A stretch of 64,000 bases of DNA from Desulfovibrionaceae bacterium (GTDB taxonomy: Bacteria; Desulfobacterota; Desulfovibrionia; Desulfovibrionales; Desulfovibrionaceae): NCBI GenBank assembly GCA_031551565.1, contig JAVBNM010000003.1, forward strand, positions 36,473 through 100,472, given 5' to 3'. Position numbers and translations under genes: made by a program. The notes below the pieces were generated by a model, which ran no database searches, was not told the DNA's origin, and saw only the letters and a list, made by a program, of their open reading frames with translations. Shown here piece by piece: positions 46,980-56,955 of the stretch (position 1 is the stretch's first letter; each line of letters opens with the position of its first letter).

Positions 46980-47792
46980 TCAGGACCAGCCGATCACGAA
47001 AACGAGCATGATCGCGGCCAGAGCCAGGCGGTAGACGGCGAACGGCCTTAGCGATATACGTCTGACCAGGCTGATGAACAACTTGATGGCTATTAAAGCC
47101 GAGACGAACGACACGATTGTGCCGGTGGCGAAAAACGGCAGGTCCGCGCTGGTCAGGCTGGAATATTGGGTGAGCATCTCGTAGCCCGTGGCCGCGAACA
47201 TGACCGGAACGGCCGCGATGAACGAATATTCGGCGGCGGTGTCGCGGTTGAAGCCGACGAGCATGCCCCCGAGGATGGTGGCCGCGGACCGGGAAAAACC
47301 GGGCCACATGGCCGCGCACTGGAAGAGCCCGACCATAAGGGCCATGCGCGGGGTGATCTGGTCAAGGCTGTTCACCTTGGACAGCTTCCCGGCGCCGTTT
47401 CTTCTTTCGACCAGAAGGATGAACACGGCCCCGACGGCCAGGGCCGCCGTCACCGTGACGTTGTTGAACAGGTTTCTTTTGATCATTCCGCCCGCCAGAA
47501 GGCCAAGCAGGCAGGCCGGCAGCGAGGTCAGAAACAGGAGCCAGATGCCGTAAAGGCCGGAAAATCCGCCTTTTTTCGGGGGAAAAAGCAGGCCCCAGAA
47601 CTTTTTCCAGTAAAGGACCACCACAGCCAGGATGGCCCCGAGCTGGATGACGACCTCAAAGGCGCCAAGGTGTTTGCTGGCTACGTCCAGGAACGAGCCA
47701 ACGATGATCAGGTGGCCGGTGGAGGAAACGGGCAGAAACTCCGTCAGGCCTTCCACAAGGCCCAGGATGACCGCTTTAAGTAATTCGTGCAT
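46980..47792 (-). CDS. uppP: Undecaprenyl-diphosphate phosphatase
   Basis: GLVEGLTEFLPVSSTGHL, IQLGAILAV and PGFSRSAATI motifs. Confidence 0.95.
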   Translation of the reverse strand: MHELLKAVILGLVEGLTEFLPVSSTGHLIIVGSFLDVASKHLGAFEVVIQLGAILAVVVLYWKKFWGLLFPPKKGGFSGLYGIWLLFLTSLPACLLGLLAGGMIKRNLFNNVTVTAALAVGAVFILLVERRNGAGKLSKVNSLDQITPRMALMVGLFQCAAMWPGFSRSAATILGGMLVGFNRDTAAEYSFIAAVPVMFAATGYEMLTQYSSLTSADLPFFATGTIVSFVSALIAIKLFISLVRRISLRPFAVYRLALAAIMLVFVIGWS

Positions 47793-47950
47793 TGTGTTTT
47801 CCTGTGAAGTTCGCTGCCGCGCCAAGGCGCTGATGTTCAGAGGCGGGCCGCCCTACCGCATAGCCCAACCGGATGGGCGACGCAAGCCATTTCTCGCGGT
47901 TTTTGGGCGCAACCGGGCCGCTGCCTGTAAACTGAAAAAGGATGTTGCTC

Positions 47951-48184
47951 ATGCCGACGATTATGCCGCACTCAGAGTTGCTCAGGCGGGCCGTGGTCTG
48001 GATATCGGAAACCAGGGCCGAGAATCCGGGAAGATCAACGGCCGCCATCATTGATGAGGCCAGCATGCGTTTCAATCTCTCCCCGCTCGACTCTGACGCT
48101 CTCTCCCGGCTTTTCTCCGATGAGGGCAAGGCGGACGGTAAAACAGACGACGGCGAAACGGGCGGTGGCGAAAAAGACAAATAG
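47951..48184 (+). CDS. Small hypothetical protein
   Basis: MPTIMPHSELLRRAVVWISE...IIDEASMRFNLSPLD; helical, natural-looking composition. Confidence 0.65.
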   Translation: MPTIMPHSELLRRAVVWISETRAENPGRSTAAIIDEASMRFNLSPLDSDALSRLFSDEGKADGKTDDGETGGGEKDK

Positions 48185-48294
48185 CCCGTTCCGCGCTTTT
48201 CGAATGTGCTTGTTTCTGCTATCCAGGCCGCACGCCGTTTCGCGGCGCGGGCTTTAAATGCGATTTCGGACCGTATGAAATAAAAGGTATTTAT

Positions 48295-49575
48295 TTGAGC
48301 GCTTTATCTTTGACGCGGCTTCAGCGGACCCTTTTGAAGGAAATGACCAAGACCTTCATTCTTTGCACGGTCAGTCTGCTTGGACTCATCATCATCAGCC
48401 GCGGCCTGCATATGCGGGAGCTGTTCCTCGGCCTTGAGTTGGGATTTGTCGACACTGTGCGGCTGTTCATGTATCTGGTGCCGCTGTTCATGCTGCTGGT
48501 CATTCCGGTTTCCTGCATGCTCGGAGTTTTTCTCACCTTTTTGCGCATGAGCACGGACCGCGAGCTCATCGCCCTGCGCGCCGGCGGGGTCAGCGTCTAC
48601 CAGATGCTGTCCGGGCCGTTTTTCTTTTCCCTGGCCTGCATGGTTCTCGGGCTGTTTATCTCCATTCACGGCATATCCTGGGGCATGTCCTCGTTTCGCG
48701 GCGCCGTGCTTGAGCTTGCCAACACCAGGGCCAGGGTGGTGCTTCAGCCGGGGATTTTCAACCAGGACATCTTCGGCCTGACCCTTTACGCCAAAAAGGT
48801 CGACCCTGTGACCGGCGACATGCGGCAGGTTCTTTTCGAGGATCGTGCCTACGGCTCGCGCTCAAATCTTGGCGAAAGCGCGGACGGCGGCCGGGACGCC
48901 GAAAGCCGGGCCTTGGACGAAAACAGGAAAAATCGCCGTAAGGACCAGATCAGCATCACCATTCTCGCTCCGCGCGGCAAAATATACACGGACGAGAACA
49001 AGGCCGAACTTGTTTTCGTCATGAACAACGGGCGCATCTATCGTCTTGAGTCCGACCGCTATTCCATTTTGAATTTTGAGGAGTATGTGGTGCGCATCAG
49101 CCTTGAGGACATCTTCAAGGGCGTCAACCTGAGCGACATCAAGCCCAAGGAGATGACCTGGGAAGCCCTGCGCAGGATGGACGAGGAGCAAAACGCCCCC
49201 AACCCCCGCTTTCAAAGCAAGGTGGGCATGGAAATCCAGAAACGCATGGCCCTTCCCGTGGCCGCCCTTGTTCTCGGCATGTTTTCAATTCCCCTGGCCT
49301 GTGCCTTTGAGGGCGCGAAACGGCAGCTCGGTGTCGTCCTGTCGCTGGTCATGTTCCTGGTATATTACGCCTTTTTCTCAGTGGGCATGAACGTGTCCGA
49401 GTCCGGCATCATCCATCCGGTCATTGGCCTGTGGTTCGCCAACGCCGTCTTCGCCATTGCCGCTGTCGCCGGAATTTACCTGACCGCCAAGGAGCGTTTC
49501 CCTTCATTCCGCAATCTGGCCGCCCCTCTCACCCGGATTTTGAAGAAGCGGTCTGGAAAAGGAGGCGCGGCATGA
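48295..49575 (+). CDS. lptF: LPS export permease LptF/LptG family
   Basis: RMSTDRELIALRAGGVS and EIQKRMALP motifs; 3+3 TM layout. Confidence 0.88.
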   Translation: MSALSLTRLQRTLLKEMTKTFILCTVSLLGLIIISRGLHMRELFLGLELGFVDTVRLFMYLVPLFMLLVIPVSCMLGVFLTFLRMSTDRELIALRAGGVSVYQMLSGPFFFSLACMVLGLFISIHGISWGMSSFRGAVLELANTRARVVLQPGIFNQDIFGLTLYAKKVDPVTGDMRQVLFEDRAYGSRSNLGESADGGRDAESRALDENRKNRRKDQISITILAPRGKIYTDENKAELVFVMNNGRIYRLESDRYSILNFEEYVVRISLEDIFKGVNLSDIKPKEMTWEALRRMDEEQNAPNPRFQSKVGMEIQKRMALPVAALVLGMFSIPLACAFEGAKRQLGVVLSLVMFLVYYAFFSVGMNVSESGIIHPVIGLWFANAVFAIAAVAGIYLTAKERFPSFRNLAAPLTRILKKRSGKGGAA

Positions 49576-50657
49576 GGTTGCTCACGCGGTATCTGGCCAG
49601 GCAGAACCTTTTTCTGCTCCTGGCCATTCTTGTCGGCGGCGCCGGCCTTTACCTGCTTACCGAAAGCTTTGAGAGCATGGACCGCTTCGTGGAGACTGAC
49701 GCCGGAGCCGGCTACATCGCGCTTTATCTTGCCGCCAGGACCCCGCTGATCATTTCCCGCATCCTGCCGGCAGTGTTTCTCCTGGCCCTGGTGGCCCAGT
49801 TGAACATCCTGCAGCGGACCAGGGAGATGACCGCCCTGATGACCGGAGGCATCACGCCGATGGTACTGATTCGTTTTGTAATCATCTACGGCTGCATCTG
49901 GTGCGGCGTCCAGTTTTTCTTCTCGGAGTTCGTGGGCGTCCAGGGCGAGCGTTTGTCCGCCAAGATCTGGGCCGAGGAAATCAGGGATGAGTCCGGCAAC
50001 AAGGCCATAGCCAGCAAGTGGTTCACCCAGAAGGATTTTTTGATATATCTTGGCAATATCAATCCGGATGATACAAGCGGCTCGGAGTTCAGGGCCTATC
50101 GCCTGAACGAAAACGGCCTGGAAATCGAGGAGATGATCAGCGCCGAGTCTTTCGTCGCCCGGGACGATCACTGGACCCTCAGCAACGTGACCCGCATCCA
50201 CCCAAACGAGTTCAGGACCGAGCGGTTCGATACGCTGGATCTCTCCATAAAACAGAACCTTGAGGACTTCAGGCTCCTGAAGGGAGGCAAAAGCCTCATA
50301 GGCCTGCCCATCTGGGATCTTTACGCCCACATCCGGCAGTTGCGCAATTCCGGCTCCAACGTCGAGGCCATGGTCACCGCCATGCACGGGAAAATGGCCT
50401 ACGCCGTCTCAATCATCGTCATGGGCCTTTTCGCTCTCATCATTTCCCAGATGACCGCCAGCATCTACAAGGCTGTTTTTATAGGCGTCATCCTGACCTT
50501 CGTCTTCTACGCCCTGAGCACCTTTCTCATGGCCATGGGCGAAAGGGGGCTGATAAATCCGGTCCTGGCCGCCTGGGGCGGGATAATCATCGCCTTTTTC
50601 TTCTGCGGCCTGTGGTTCGCCCAAAATGCCATTTTGCGGATGATGCGGTTGAGATGA
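49572..50657 (+). CDS. lptG: LPS export permease LptF/LptG family
   Basis: LLTRYLAR, REMTALMTGGI and NPVLAAWG motifs; coupled to lptF. Confidence 0.85.
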   Translation: MRLLTRYLARQNLFLLLAILVGGAGLYLLTESFESMDRFVETDAGAGYIALYLAARTPLIISRILPAVFLLALVAQLNILQRTREMTALMTGGITPMVLIRFVIIYGCIWCGVQFFFSEFVGVQGERLSAKIWAEEIRDESGNKAIASKWFTQKDFLIYLGNINPDDTSGSEFRAYRLNENGLEIEEMISAESFVARDDHWTLSNVTRIHPNEFRTERFDTLDLSIKQNLEDFRLLKGGKSLIGLPIWDLYAHIRQLRNSGSNVEAMVTAMHGKMAYAVSIIVMGLFALIISQMTASIYKAVFIGVILTFVFYALSTFLMAMGERGLINPVLAAWGGIIIAFFFCGLWFAQNAILRMMRLR

Positions 50658-50692
50658 CAGGCAGGCAGGCGGGCTGCCTGCCTGCCTGTCAT
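50654..50692 (+). terminator. 17-bp hairpin built from (GGCA)n after lptG
   Basis: ATGACAGGCAGGCAGGC-gggct-GCCTGCCTGCCTGTCAT; weak U-tract. Confidence 0.6.
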
Positions 50693-50844
50693 TCAGTCGT
50701 GTCTTTGTCGGATTGCCGTGTCATTGACGGGTTGTCCGTTTGGGCTTAACCTGACTCGGCCTGGCTTAATGGCCTCATTGCAGATGGCGGGCATAACGGA
50801 TTTTGCGCATGCATTCAAACCATTACCAATGGCTGGAGGGACGT

Positions 50845-51405
50845 ATGTTCAGACGAATATTGCTGTTTATCTTTTTTTTCGTTCTTTGCTCAGGCATAAT
50901 TCATATCTCAGTTGGGCAGGCTGTGGCCAAAGACGCCGAAGTCAGCGAAGCGGTCAAGCTTGGAGTGCTGCCGGCTGACGACGCTTCGCTGTTTGCCGGA
51001 GTCTTTGATTTGAGCGCAGAGCAGACAAAGTCCATGTTCGAGTTGCCAGCTTTCAAGGCGCTTCAGGGGTTCACTATAAAAGAATATGCCACTGAGCCGG
51101 GCGTCCCGAACTCTCTGCTGATAATCCCCCGCAACGCCGCGACGGTTGTGAAGGTGTATGGCCTGACCTATGTGCAAAAGGGCGAAGCCCATGAACTGGT
51201 TCCGGACAAAGAGCCGGTTTACACGGAAGAACTCGGCGCCAGGGATCTTTTTGTCCTTCATCTCAACATGCCCGAGACCGTCCCTTATTTCAGGGTCTGC
51301 CTTGAGAGCGGCGGCAAAGATGCCTGCTTCACTCCAGGATACAGCGGCATGGACGGCTCCCTTCTCCTTGAACCGGGCTTTCTCGACTTGAGCGCCAGCG
51401 AATAG
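50845..51405 (+). CDS. Exported hypothetical protein
   Basis: GGAGG SD; signal peptide; C-terminal PGYSGMDGSLLL. Confidence 0.7.
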   Translation: MFRRILLFIFFFVLCSGIIHISVGQAVAKDAEVSEAVKLGVLPADDASLFAGVFDLSAEQTKSMFELPAFKALQGFTIKEYATEPGVPNSLLIIPRNAATVVKVYGLTYVQKGEAHELVPDKEPVYTEELGARDLFVLHLNMPETVPYFRVCLESGGKDACFTPGYSGMDGSLLLEPGFLDLSASE

Positions 51406-51679
51406 ATACGACACCCGCAGAAGAGAGAACCGGAAAATAATCGCAGTTTCATGAAATACTGCGCGGATTGAAAAAGGCGAGTCGACCGTCTGTTTTTGCA
51501 GGCGCGAACAGTTCATCCATACGCTCAAAACCAGGCGCTCCATGCCGCGTGAGCCCCAAAGCAGGCAGTAATGCCGCAAGCACCTGGGAGAGCCCTATTT
51601 CTGGAAATATCGCTGGACAACGCAAAGCAATCTGACTAAACATGCCCTGTTCGCGCAATGCCAATGAGCAAAAATCCTC

Positions 51680-51766
51680 GCCCGGGTGGTGGAATTGGTA
51701 GACACAAGGGACTTAAAATCCCTCGGCGGAAACGCTGTACGGGTTCAAGTCCCGTCCTGGGCACCA
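51680..51766 (+). tRNA. tRNA-Leu (TAA)
   Basis: GCCCGGG acceptor, D-loop TGGTAGAC, anticodon loop CT-TAA-AA, long variable arm, GGTTCAAGTCC, encoded CCA; 87 nt. Confidence 0.97.
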
Positions 51767-51778
51767 AGAATAGCAACG

Positions 51779-51817
51779 AAATCGGCGGATTTTCCAAAAC
51801 GGAAAATCCGCCGATTT
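51779..51817 (+). terminator. Terminator after tRNA-Leu
   Basis: 17-bp perfect stem AAATCGGCGGATTTTCC / GGAAAATCCGCCGATTT. Confidence 0.8.
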
Positions 51818-51911
51818 AACTTTTTGGGCCAATTATGCTCCAGCAGATTACCAGCGTGGAGGTAAAAACGAACATGGGTGGGTAATCACCCCATTTTTGT
51901 AGCTCTACACA

Positions 51912-53138
51912 TTACTTTTCCGCCGCAGCGTCCTTCCTGGTCACATCCCAGGTCATTACCTCCACGCGGCACGGCGTATTATTATGCAGGGCCGGCATAA
52001 GATCCGGATCGTATCCGGATACGGCGATGTGTACCGGATACAGCCCGTCGGACGCATCCTGCGCATTGCGGCCATCGCCGCCCCCTCTGCTTGCGTCGCC
52101 GCGGTCCTCGCTTACCGGAGGCAGGACGGCCTTGACCGTTCCTTCCAGGTCCGGGCCTGACCAGCCTTTTGGGCGAAGTTTGCAAGCCATTCCGGCCACG
52201 ATGCGGCCAGCGCCGTCAGCGTTTGTAAAGCCGATGGCATAGAGGTCGGCTGGGGAGCTGGAGTTGATGGCCAGGCACGGCGCTCCTCGCTCAACATGCT
52301 GCTCGGGCTGGATTGACAAGTCTGACACTGTGCCGGCTATTGGGGCTCTTACGGCCGCGCTTTCGAGGTTTTTTTGAGCCTCAAGGGTTTTTGCCTTGGC
52401 AGCGTCGTATTCGGCCAGAGCGATGTCCAGAAGGCGGGGGTCCTGATGGTAGGCGGACTGCTGGGCCAGATTCTGCATGTTGCGTATGCCCTGTTCGGTC
52501 TGAGCCCTGATCAGGCTGGCGGTTTCAAAATTTTCCCTGGTTTTTTTCTCGGCGGCAGCGGCGGAGTCCAATCGCTGTGCGGCCTGGATCAGGTTGGCCT
52601 GAGCTTGGCCGTCTTGCGCGTCTTTCGCGGCCATACGGGCGCGCTCGGCATTGAGTCTGGCTTGGGCCAGTTCGGATGAGGCGGCAATGTGCGCCTGCCG
52701 GGCTTCGGCTTCGGTTTTGATTTGCTTGTCCAGGGCTTCCTTGAGGGTCAGGGGGGTATTGCCGGCCCCGGCTTCGATTCTGGCGTTCAGGTATTCCGGG
52801 GGAACCTTGGTGGTGGTGCGGGCCAGTTCGCTCTCGGCTTGGGCCAGTTCGGTTTTCAGCGTCTGGTCGTCAAGCTGGAAGAGCAGATGGCCGCGTTCCA
52901 CCTTTTGGCCGTCGGTGACGTGTACTTGGCTGACATACCCTGAAATCCTCGGGCTGATGATCGCCCTTAACCCCTCGATGCGGGCGTTGTCGAGAACGAT
53001 GCGGTTTGAACCGCTCCATATCCACCAGCCGGCGGCAAACGCCAAAATGATGACGATAATGCTTATGGCCGGCAGCAGGCGGGAGAGCCTGGCTTTTCTT
53101 AGTTCCGAGGCCGTGGCCTTTGGCATTGGGATTTTCAT
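51912..53138 (-). CDS. HlyD/EmrA-family membrane fusion protein
   Basis: TM anchor, ISPRISGYVSQVHV.DGQKV..G..LFQLD, long coiled coil, VRAPIAGTV. Confidence 0.88.
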   Translation of the reverse strand: MKIPMPKATASELRKARLSRLLPAISIIVIILAFAAGWWIWSGSNRIVLDNARIEGLRAIISPRISGYVSQVHVTDGQKVERGHLLFQLDDQTLKTELAQAESELARTTTKVPPEYLNARIEAGAGNTPLTLKEALDKQIKTEAEARQAHIAASSELAQARLNAERARMAAKDAQDGQAQANLIQAAQRLDSAAAAEKKTRENFETASLIRAQTEQGIRNMQNLAQQSAYHQDPRLLDIALAEYDAAKAKTLEAQKNLESAAVRAPIAGTVSDLSIQPEQHVERGAPCLAINSSSPADLYAIGFTNADGAGRIVAGMACKLRPKGWSGPDLEGTVKAVLPPVSEDRGDASRGGGDGRNAQDASDGLYPVHIAVSGYDPDLMPALHNNTPCRVEVMTWDVTRKDAAAEK

Positions 53139-53265
53139 GTTTGCTCCGGAATGGATTTTTGTGGCTGTCAGCGCCTTGCATGATGAGGCAAAAAATGCAA
53201 AAAGTACACCAGCCCTCGATTATTTAAACAGCAAATAACGGACAGAGCAGTCCCCGACCATAGCC

Positions 53266-55947
53266 GTGCAACCGCATCAACCGCCCCGACTGGCTAAAAT
53301 CGCCATTTTAAGCCCTCCCTACGGCGCGCTCACTTACCATTTGCCCGGCTGGCTGGATGAAAGCCAGTGGCGTGAAGGGCAGCGCGTGGCCGTGCCAATG
53401 GGCAAGGGACTACGCGTTGGAGTCATCCTCGGCCTTGAGAACGAGGGAGTTGACGAAGAAAACTGCGGATGCAGTCATGGCCTTGACTCCGGCCCGGCTT
53501 GCCTTTGCCCGAATGCCACTCCCCAGGATTCATCCGCCCCGGATTCCCCCGCTGCTGATTCCACCCTTTCCTTGGCCAGAAAAAAATTTACGCTCAAACC
53601 GATCCTTTGGCCATTGGAAAGGGAGCCGCTCATCTCGTCCTCATACCTGGAGCTTGCCCGCCAGCTCGCCTTGCGCCACACCACAACGCCGGGACGCATC
53701 CTGGCTGGGGTTCTGCCTGCCGGGCTGCGCACGGCCAAGGTCAAAATAAGATTTTTCGGTTCCGGCCGGCCGGTCGACATTCAGGTCAAAGACCTGCAAT
53801 CAAAAACGGACGAAGATTTGAAAGCCTGTGGCGGTCAATGGGAGCGCGGCGAGGCCCAAGTCATCGCCACCGGCTGGAGCGCTCCCGACCAGGAGATCTG
53901 CGTGCTGGCCCACGACCCGCCTTGGCCTGTCAGGCCCGTGGCAAAACAGCAGATTGCCCTGCTTGAGCACCTGTTCACGCACGGGGCCGTGACCAGGCGA
54001 TCCGTTTTGGCTTCCCTTGGAAATGAATTCGCCGCCACGTTGCGAACGCTTGTGGATCGCGGCCTGGTATGCATCCGCCCGGCTGACGAGCCTTTCTCCT
54101 TCGGCCTTGAGCCCGACGACGAAAAGGAACTGGCCCTGTGCCTCGGACCGGACGGGGCCTCTAAAGCGCACGTCGTGCCAGTCTTGCCGGATACCGGATT
54201 TTTGCATCATCCCCAGGCCGGGCGGGACGGTGTCCGCACCCCCCAGCCTTCCCGTTCAACAGACGCTTCACCCTCAACGCTGCCCCCAGCCTCACTTTCC
54301 GCTTTATCGACAGTCCCGGAGCCGGAGTTCGCTTTCACCCCGGAGCAGCGCGAGGCATTCGACAAACTCAGCCGCAGCCTTTTTTCCGGAAAACCAGCCA
54401 CAGAACTTCTTTTCGGCATTACCGGCAGCGGCAAGACCGCCATTTATCTGGAACTGGCCCGCAAAGCCCTTGACGGCGGAAAATCAGTTTTGCTGCTTGC
54501 CCCGGAAGTTGCCTTGGCCCTCAAACTATGGGCGGACGTCGAACGCTGCATCCCATCGGCCGTGCGCGTGCTTTTTCACGGCTATCAGTCGGCCGGCGCC
54601 CGCGAAACCGCTTTTCGCAACCTGGCCCGCTTCAAAGGGCCTGTGATCATCGTCGGTACACGCTCGGCCCTGTTTCTGCCCGGCCGCGACATCGGACTGA
54701 TCATTCTGGATGAGGAGCACGACGCCTCCTTCAAGCAGGATGAGGGCCTCATATACCAGGCCAAGGAAGTCGCCTGGTACCGCGCCATGCAGGACAACGC
54801 CCTTCTTGTGCTCGGCTCGGCCACTCCGGACATCAAAAGTTTCTACGCCGCCGCCACCGGCCTTGTGCCAATGCACCGCCTGGCCAATCGTGTCGGCGGA
54901 GGCAGCCTGCCCAAGGTCGAACTCGTGATTATGCCAAAGTCAGCCGGCCCGCGCGGCCTTCTTGCCGAGGAAAGCCAGCGCGCGCTGCATGAGACTGTGG
55001 CGCGGGGAGAGCAGGCTGTCATTCTTCTCAATCGTCGAGGCTACGCCCCCATTCTCTGCTGCCTTGACTGCGGCAAAACCGCCAAATGCCCTCATTGCGA
55101 CATTAGTCTCGCCTATCACAAGGGCCGCGAACGTCTCCTTTGCCACTATTGCGGTTGGTCCGCCCATTTCCCGTGCAAGTGTTCGGAGTGCCGTGGCTTC
55201 CATTTTCTGCCAATGGGCCAGGGAACTGAAAAACTCGAAGAAGACCTTCTGACCGCCTTCCCGGCCGGGACAGGAATTTTGCGCCTCGACCGGGACAGCA
55301 CCCGCCGGCCAGGCCGCATGCAGGAAATACTCGCCGGCTTTGCCGCCAAAGACGCCTCCGTCCTTGTGGGCACTCAGATGCTTTCCAAGGGCCACCACTT
55401 TCCGGATGTCACCCTGGTTGTAGTAGCTGACGCCGACCTCGGACTTAATCTTCCGGACTATCGGGCAGCCGAGCGCACCTTTCAACTTCTCTTGCAGTCT
55501 TCGGGTCGCGCAGGGCGGGGCAAAATTCCAGGCCGCGTTCTTATTCAGACGCGCGATCCGTCCCATTACTGTTGGCAGTATGTAAAAACAGCCGACTACG
55601 AAGGCTTTTACGAAGAAGAACTGGCCCTGCGCAAGCGCCGTCGCTACCCCCCGTTCGTTCGTCTTGGCCTGATCCGCTTGAGTTATCCGGCCGATTACGA
55701 TCAGGGCGCTGAAGTCATCCAGTCTCTGGCATTAAAGCTTCGCGCTGCCGGAAAAGAGCACGGCGTCGCTGTCCTTGGGCCGGCCCCGGCTCCGCTTGCC
55801 TTTCTGAAGGGCAAAAAGCGTTTCAACTGCCTGTTGAAAGCCGCTGACTGGTCCCAAATTCGCGCTCTCTACAACGCCGTGTTTTTGAAAGCCCGGCTGG
55901 GTAAAATAACACCCGCCCTTGACCTTGATCCGGTGAACATGATGTAG
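53266..55947 (+). CDS. priA: Primosomal protein N' (replication restart helicase)
   Basis: GITGSGKT, DEEHD, LGSATP, NRRGY, four CxxC pairs, GTQMLSKGHHFP and QSSGRAGR motifs. Confidence 0.95.
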   Translation: MQPHQPPRLAKIAILSPPYGALTYHLPGWLDESQWREGQRVAVPMGKGLRVGVILGLENEGVDEENCGCSHGLDSGPACLCPNATPQDSSAPDSPAADSTLSLARKKFTLKPILWPLEREPLISSSYLELARQLALRHTTTPGRILAGVLPAGLRTAKVKIRFFGSGRPVDIQVKDLQSKTDEDLKACGGQWERGEAQVIATGWSAPDQEICVLAHDPPWPVRPVAKQQIALLEHLFTHGAVTRRSVLASLGNEFAATLRTLVDRGLVCIRPADEPFSFGLEPDDEKELALCLGPDGASKAHVVPVLPDTGFLHHPQAGRDGVRTPQPSRSTDASPSTLPPASLSALSTVPEPEFAFTPEQREAFDKLSRSLFSGKPATELLFGITGSGKTAIYLELARKALDGGKSVLLLAPEVALALKLWADVERCIPSAVRVLFHGYQSAGARETAFRNLARFKGPVIIVGTRSALFLPGRDIGLIILDEEHDASFKQDEGLIYQAKEVAWYRAMQDNALLVLGSATPDIKSFYAAATGLVPMHRLANRVGGGSLPKVELVIMPKSAGPRGLLAEESQRALHETVARGEQAVILLNRRGYAPILCCLDCGKTAKCPHCDISLAYHKGRERLLCHYCGWSAHFPCKCSECRGFHFLPMGQGTEKLEEDLLTAFPAGTGILRLDRDSTRRPGRMQEILAGFAAKDASVLVGTQMLSKGHHFPDVTLVVVADADLGLNLPDYRAAERTFQLLLQSSGRAGRGKIPGRVLIQTRDPSHYCWQYVKTADYEGFYEEELALRKRRRYPPFVRLGLIRLSYPADYDQGAEVIQSLALKLRAAGKEHGVAVLGPAPAPLAFLKGKKRFNCLLKAADWSQIRALYNAVFLKARLGKITPALDLDPVNMM

Positions 55948-56032
55948 GGAAGAGAAATTGCGGCAGGCTGCCCGAAGGGCGGGGAGGCGATTGGAGGCGC
56001 TGTTTTTCTTTGAACTTTATTTGAGAAAGGAC

Positions 56033-56059
56033 TATAAATATTGAAACTGTTGCCGATAA
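56033..56059 (+). promoter_or_regulatory. Possible sigma-28 promoter upstream of cheW
   Basis: TATA-N15-GCCGATAA: perfect -10 box, 3/4 match at -35, about 290 bp before cheW. Confidence 0.45.
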
Positions 56060-56350
56060 TGAAGACAGGCATGCTGTCATGCGGCAGGCCGCTCTGGCTG
56101 GCTCGCTGAATGCCGCCTCGCGGATTTTCTTGGATATCGGCAACACCCAGTCCAGGCTGCGTTTTTTTGGGATTTCGGTTTTTGATTCCGCCAGCTTTTG
56201 TTATTTGCTGGATTTGTGAAAAAAACTGTGTTAGAGTCAGGCGTATTGCGTCGGACGGCAATGCCTGAAAAGGCAAAAGACTTGATTCAGGTTTGCTGTC
56301 TTTGAAAACAGCCTGACAACCTCTATGGGGACGTGTTAAAGGGGATACAA

Positions 56351-56821
56351 ATGGAACATATGAAAAAGGATGATGAACTTCTTCAGCTTGTGACTTTCAG
56401 TATAGGCGAAGAGGAATTCGGGGTTGACATCCTCAAGGTTCAGGAAATTATCCGGACCATGGAGATTACCAAGGTGCCAAGGGCGCAGGAGTTTGTCGAA
56501 GGCGTCATCAACCTGCGCGGCAAAGTCATTCCGATTATCGATCTGAGGCGGCGTTTTGGTCTTCAAACAAAGGCGCACGACAAGCATACCCGCATTATTG
56601 TTATTGAAATAAGCAATATGATAGTGGGTTTTGTCGTTGACTCGGTTTCCGAGGTCCTGCGGATACCCGCCGGCACGGTCGAGCCGCCGCCGCCTGTTGT
56701 GGCCGGGCTTGAATCCGAATATATCAGCGGTGTAGGCAAGCTGCATGATCGCTTGCTGATTCTTCTCGACCTTGATAAACTTCTGTCACATGAAGATTTG
56801 AATAATATCGGCCAGTTGTAA
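56351..56821 (+). CDS. cheW: Chemotaxis coupling protein
   Basis: LQLVTFSIGEEEFGVDILKVQEIIR and GVINLRGKVIPIIDLRRRFG motifs. Confidence 0.95.
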   Translation: MEHMKKDDELLQLVTFSIGEEEFGVDILKVQEIIRTMEITKVPRAQEFVEGVINLRGKVIPIIDLRRRFGLQTKAHDKHTRIIVIEISNMIVGFVVDSVSEVLRIPAGTVEPPPPVVAGLESEYISGVGKLHDRLLILLDLDKLLSHEDLNNIGQL

Positions 56822-56843
56822 TTTTCCTGAGACTAAGTTATTT

Positions 56844-56880
56844 AACCGCCTCATGCTTTGCATGAGGCGGTTTTGCCTTT
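56844..56880 (+). terminator. Terminator after cheW
   Basis: AACCGCCTCATGC-ttt-GCATGAGGCGGTT followed by TTGCCTTT. Confidence 0.8.
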
Positions 56881-56955
56881 ATTGCGCACCCAGTCCCTCG
56901 GCTGCCGCAAGGCTGTCCGTGACTTAGACCTTATCCACTTTGTCAGGTATGTGAT

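Noticed and set aside
37230-47000. Visibly higher GC around bio/glyQS as a sign of horizontal transfer
   Set aside because: Housekeeping glyQ/glyS and mfd look similarly GC-rich and there are no mobility marks; GC was not computed.
51400-51912. Possible integrative element at tRNA-Leu
   Set aside because: No integrase, and I saw no duplicated tRNA 3' end in the window; the flanking genes look like core genome.
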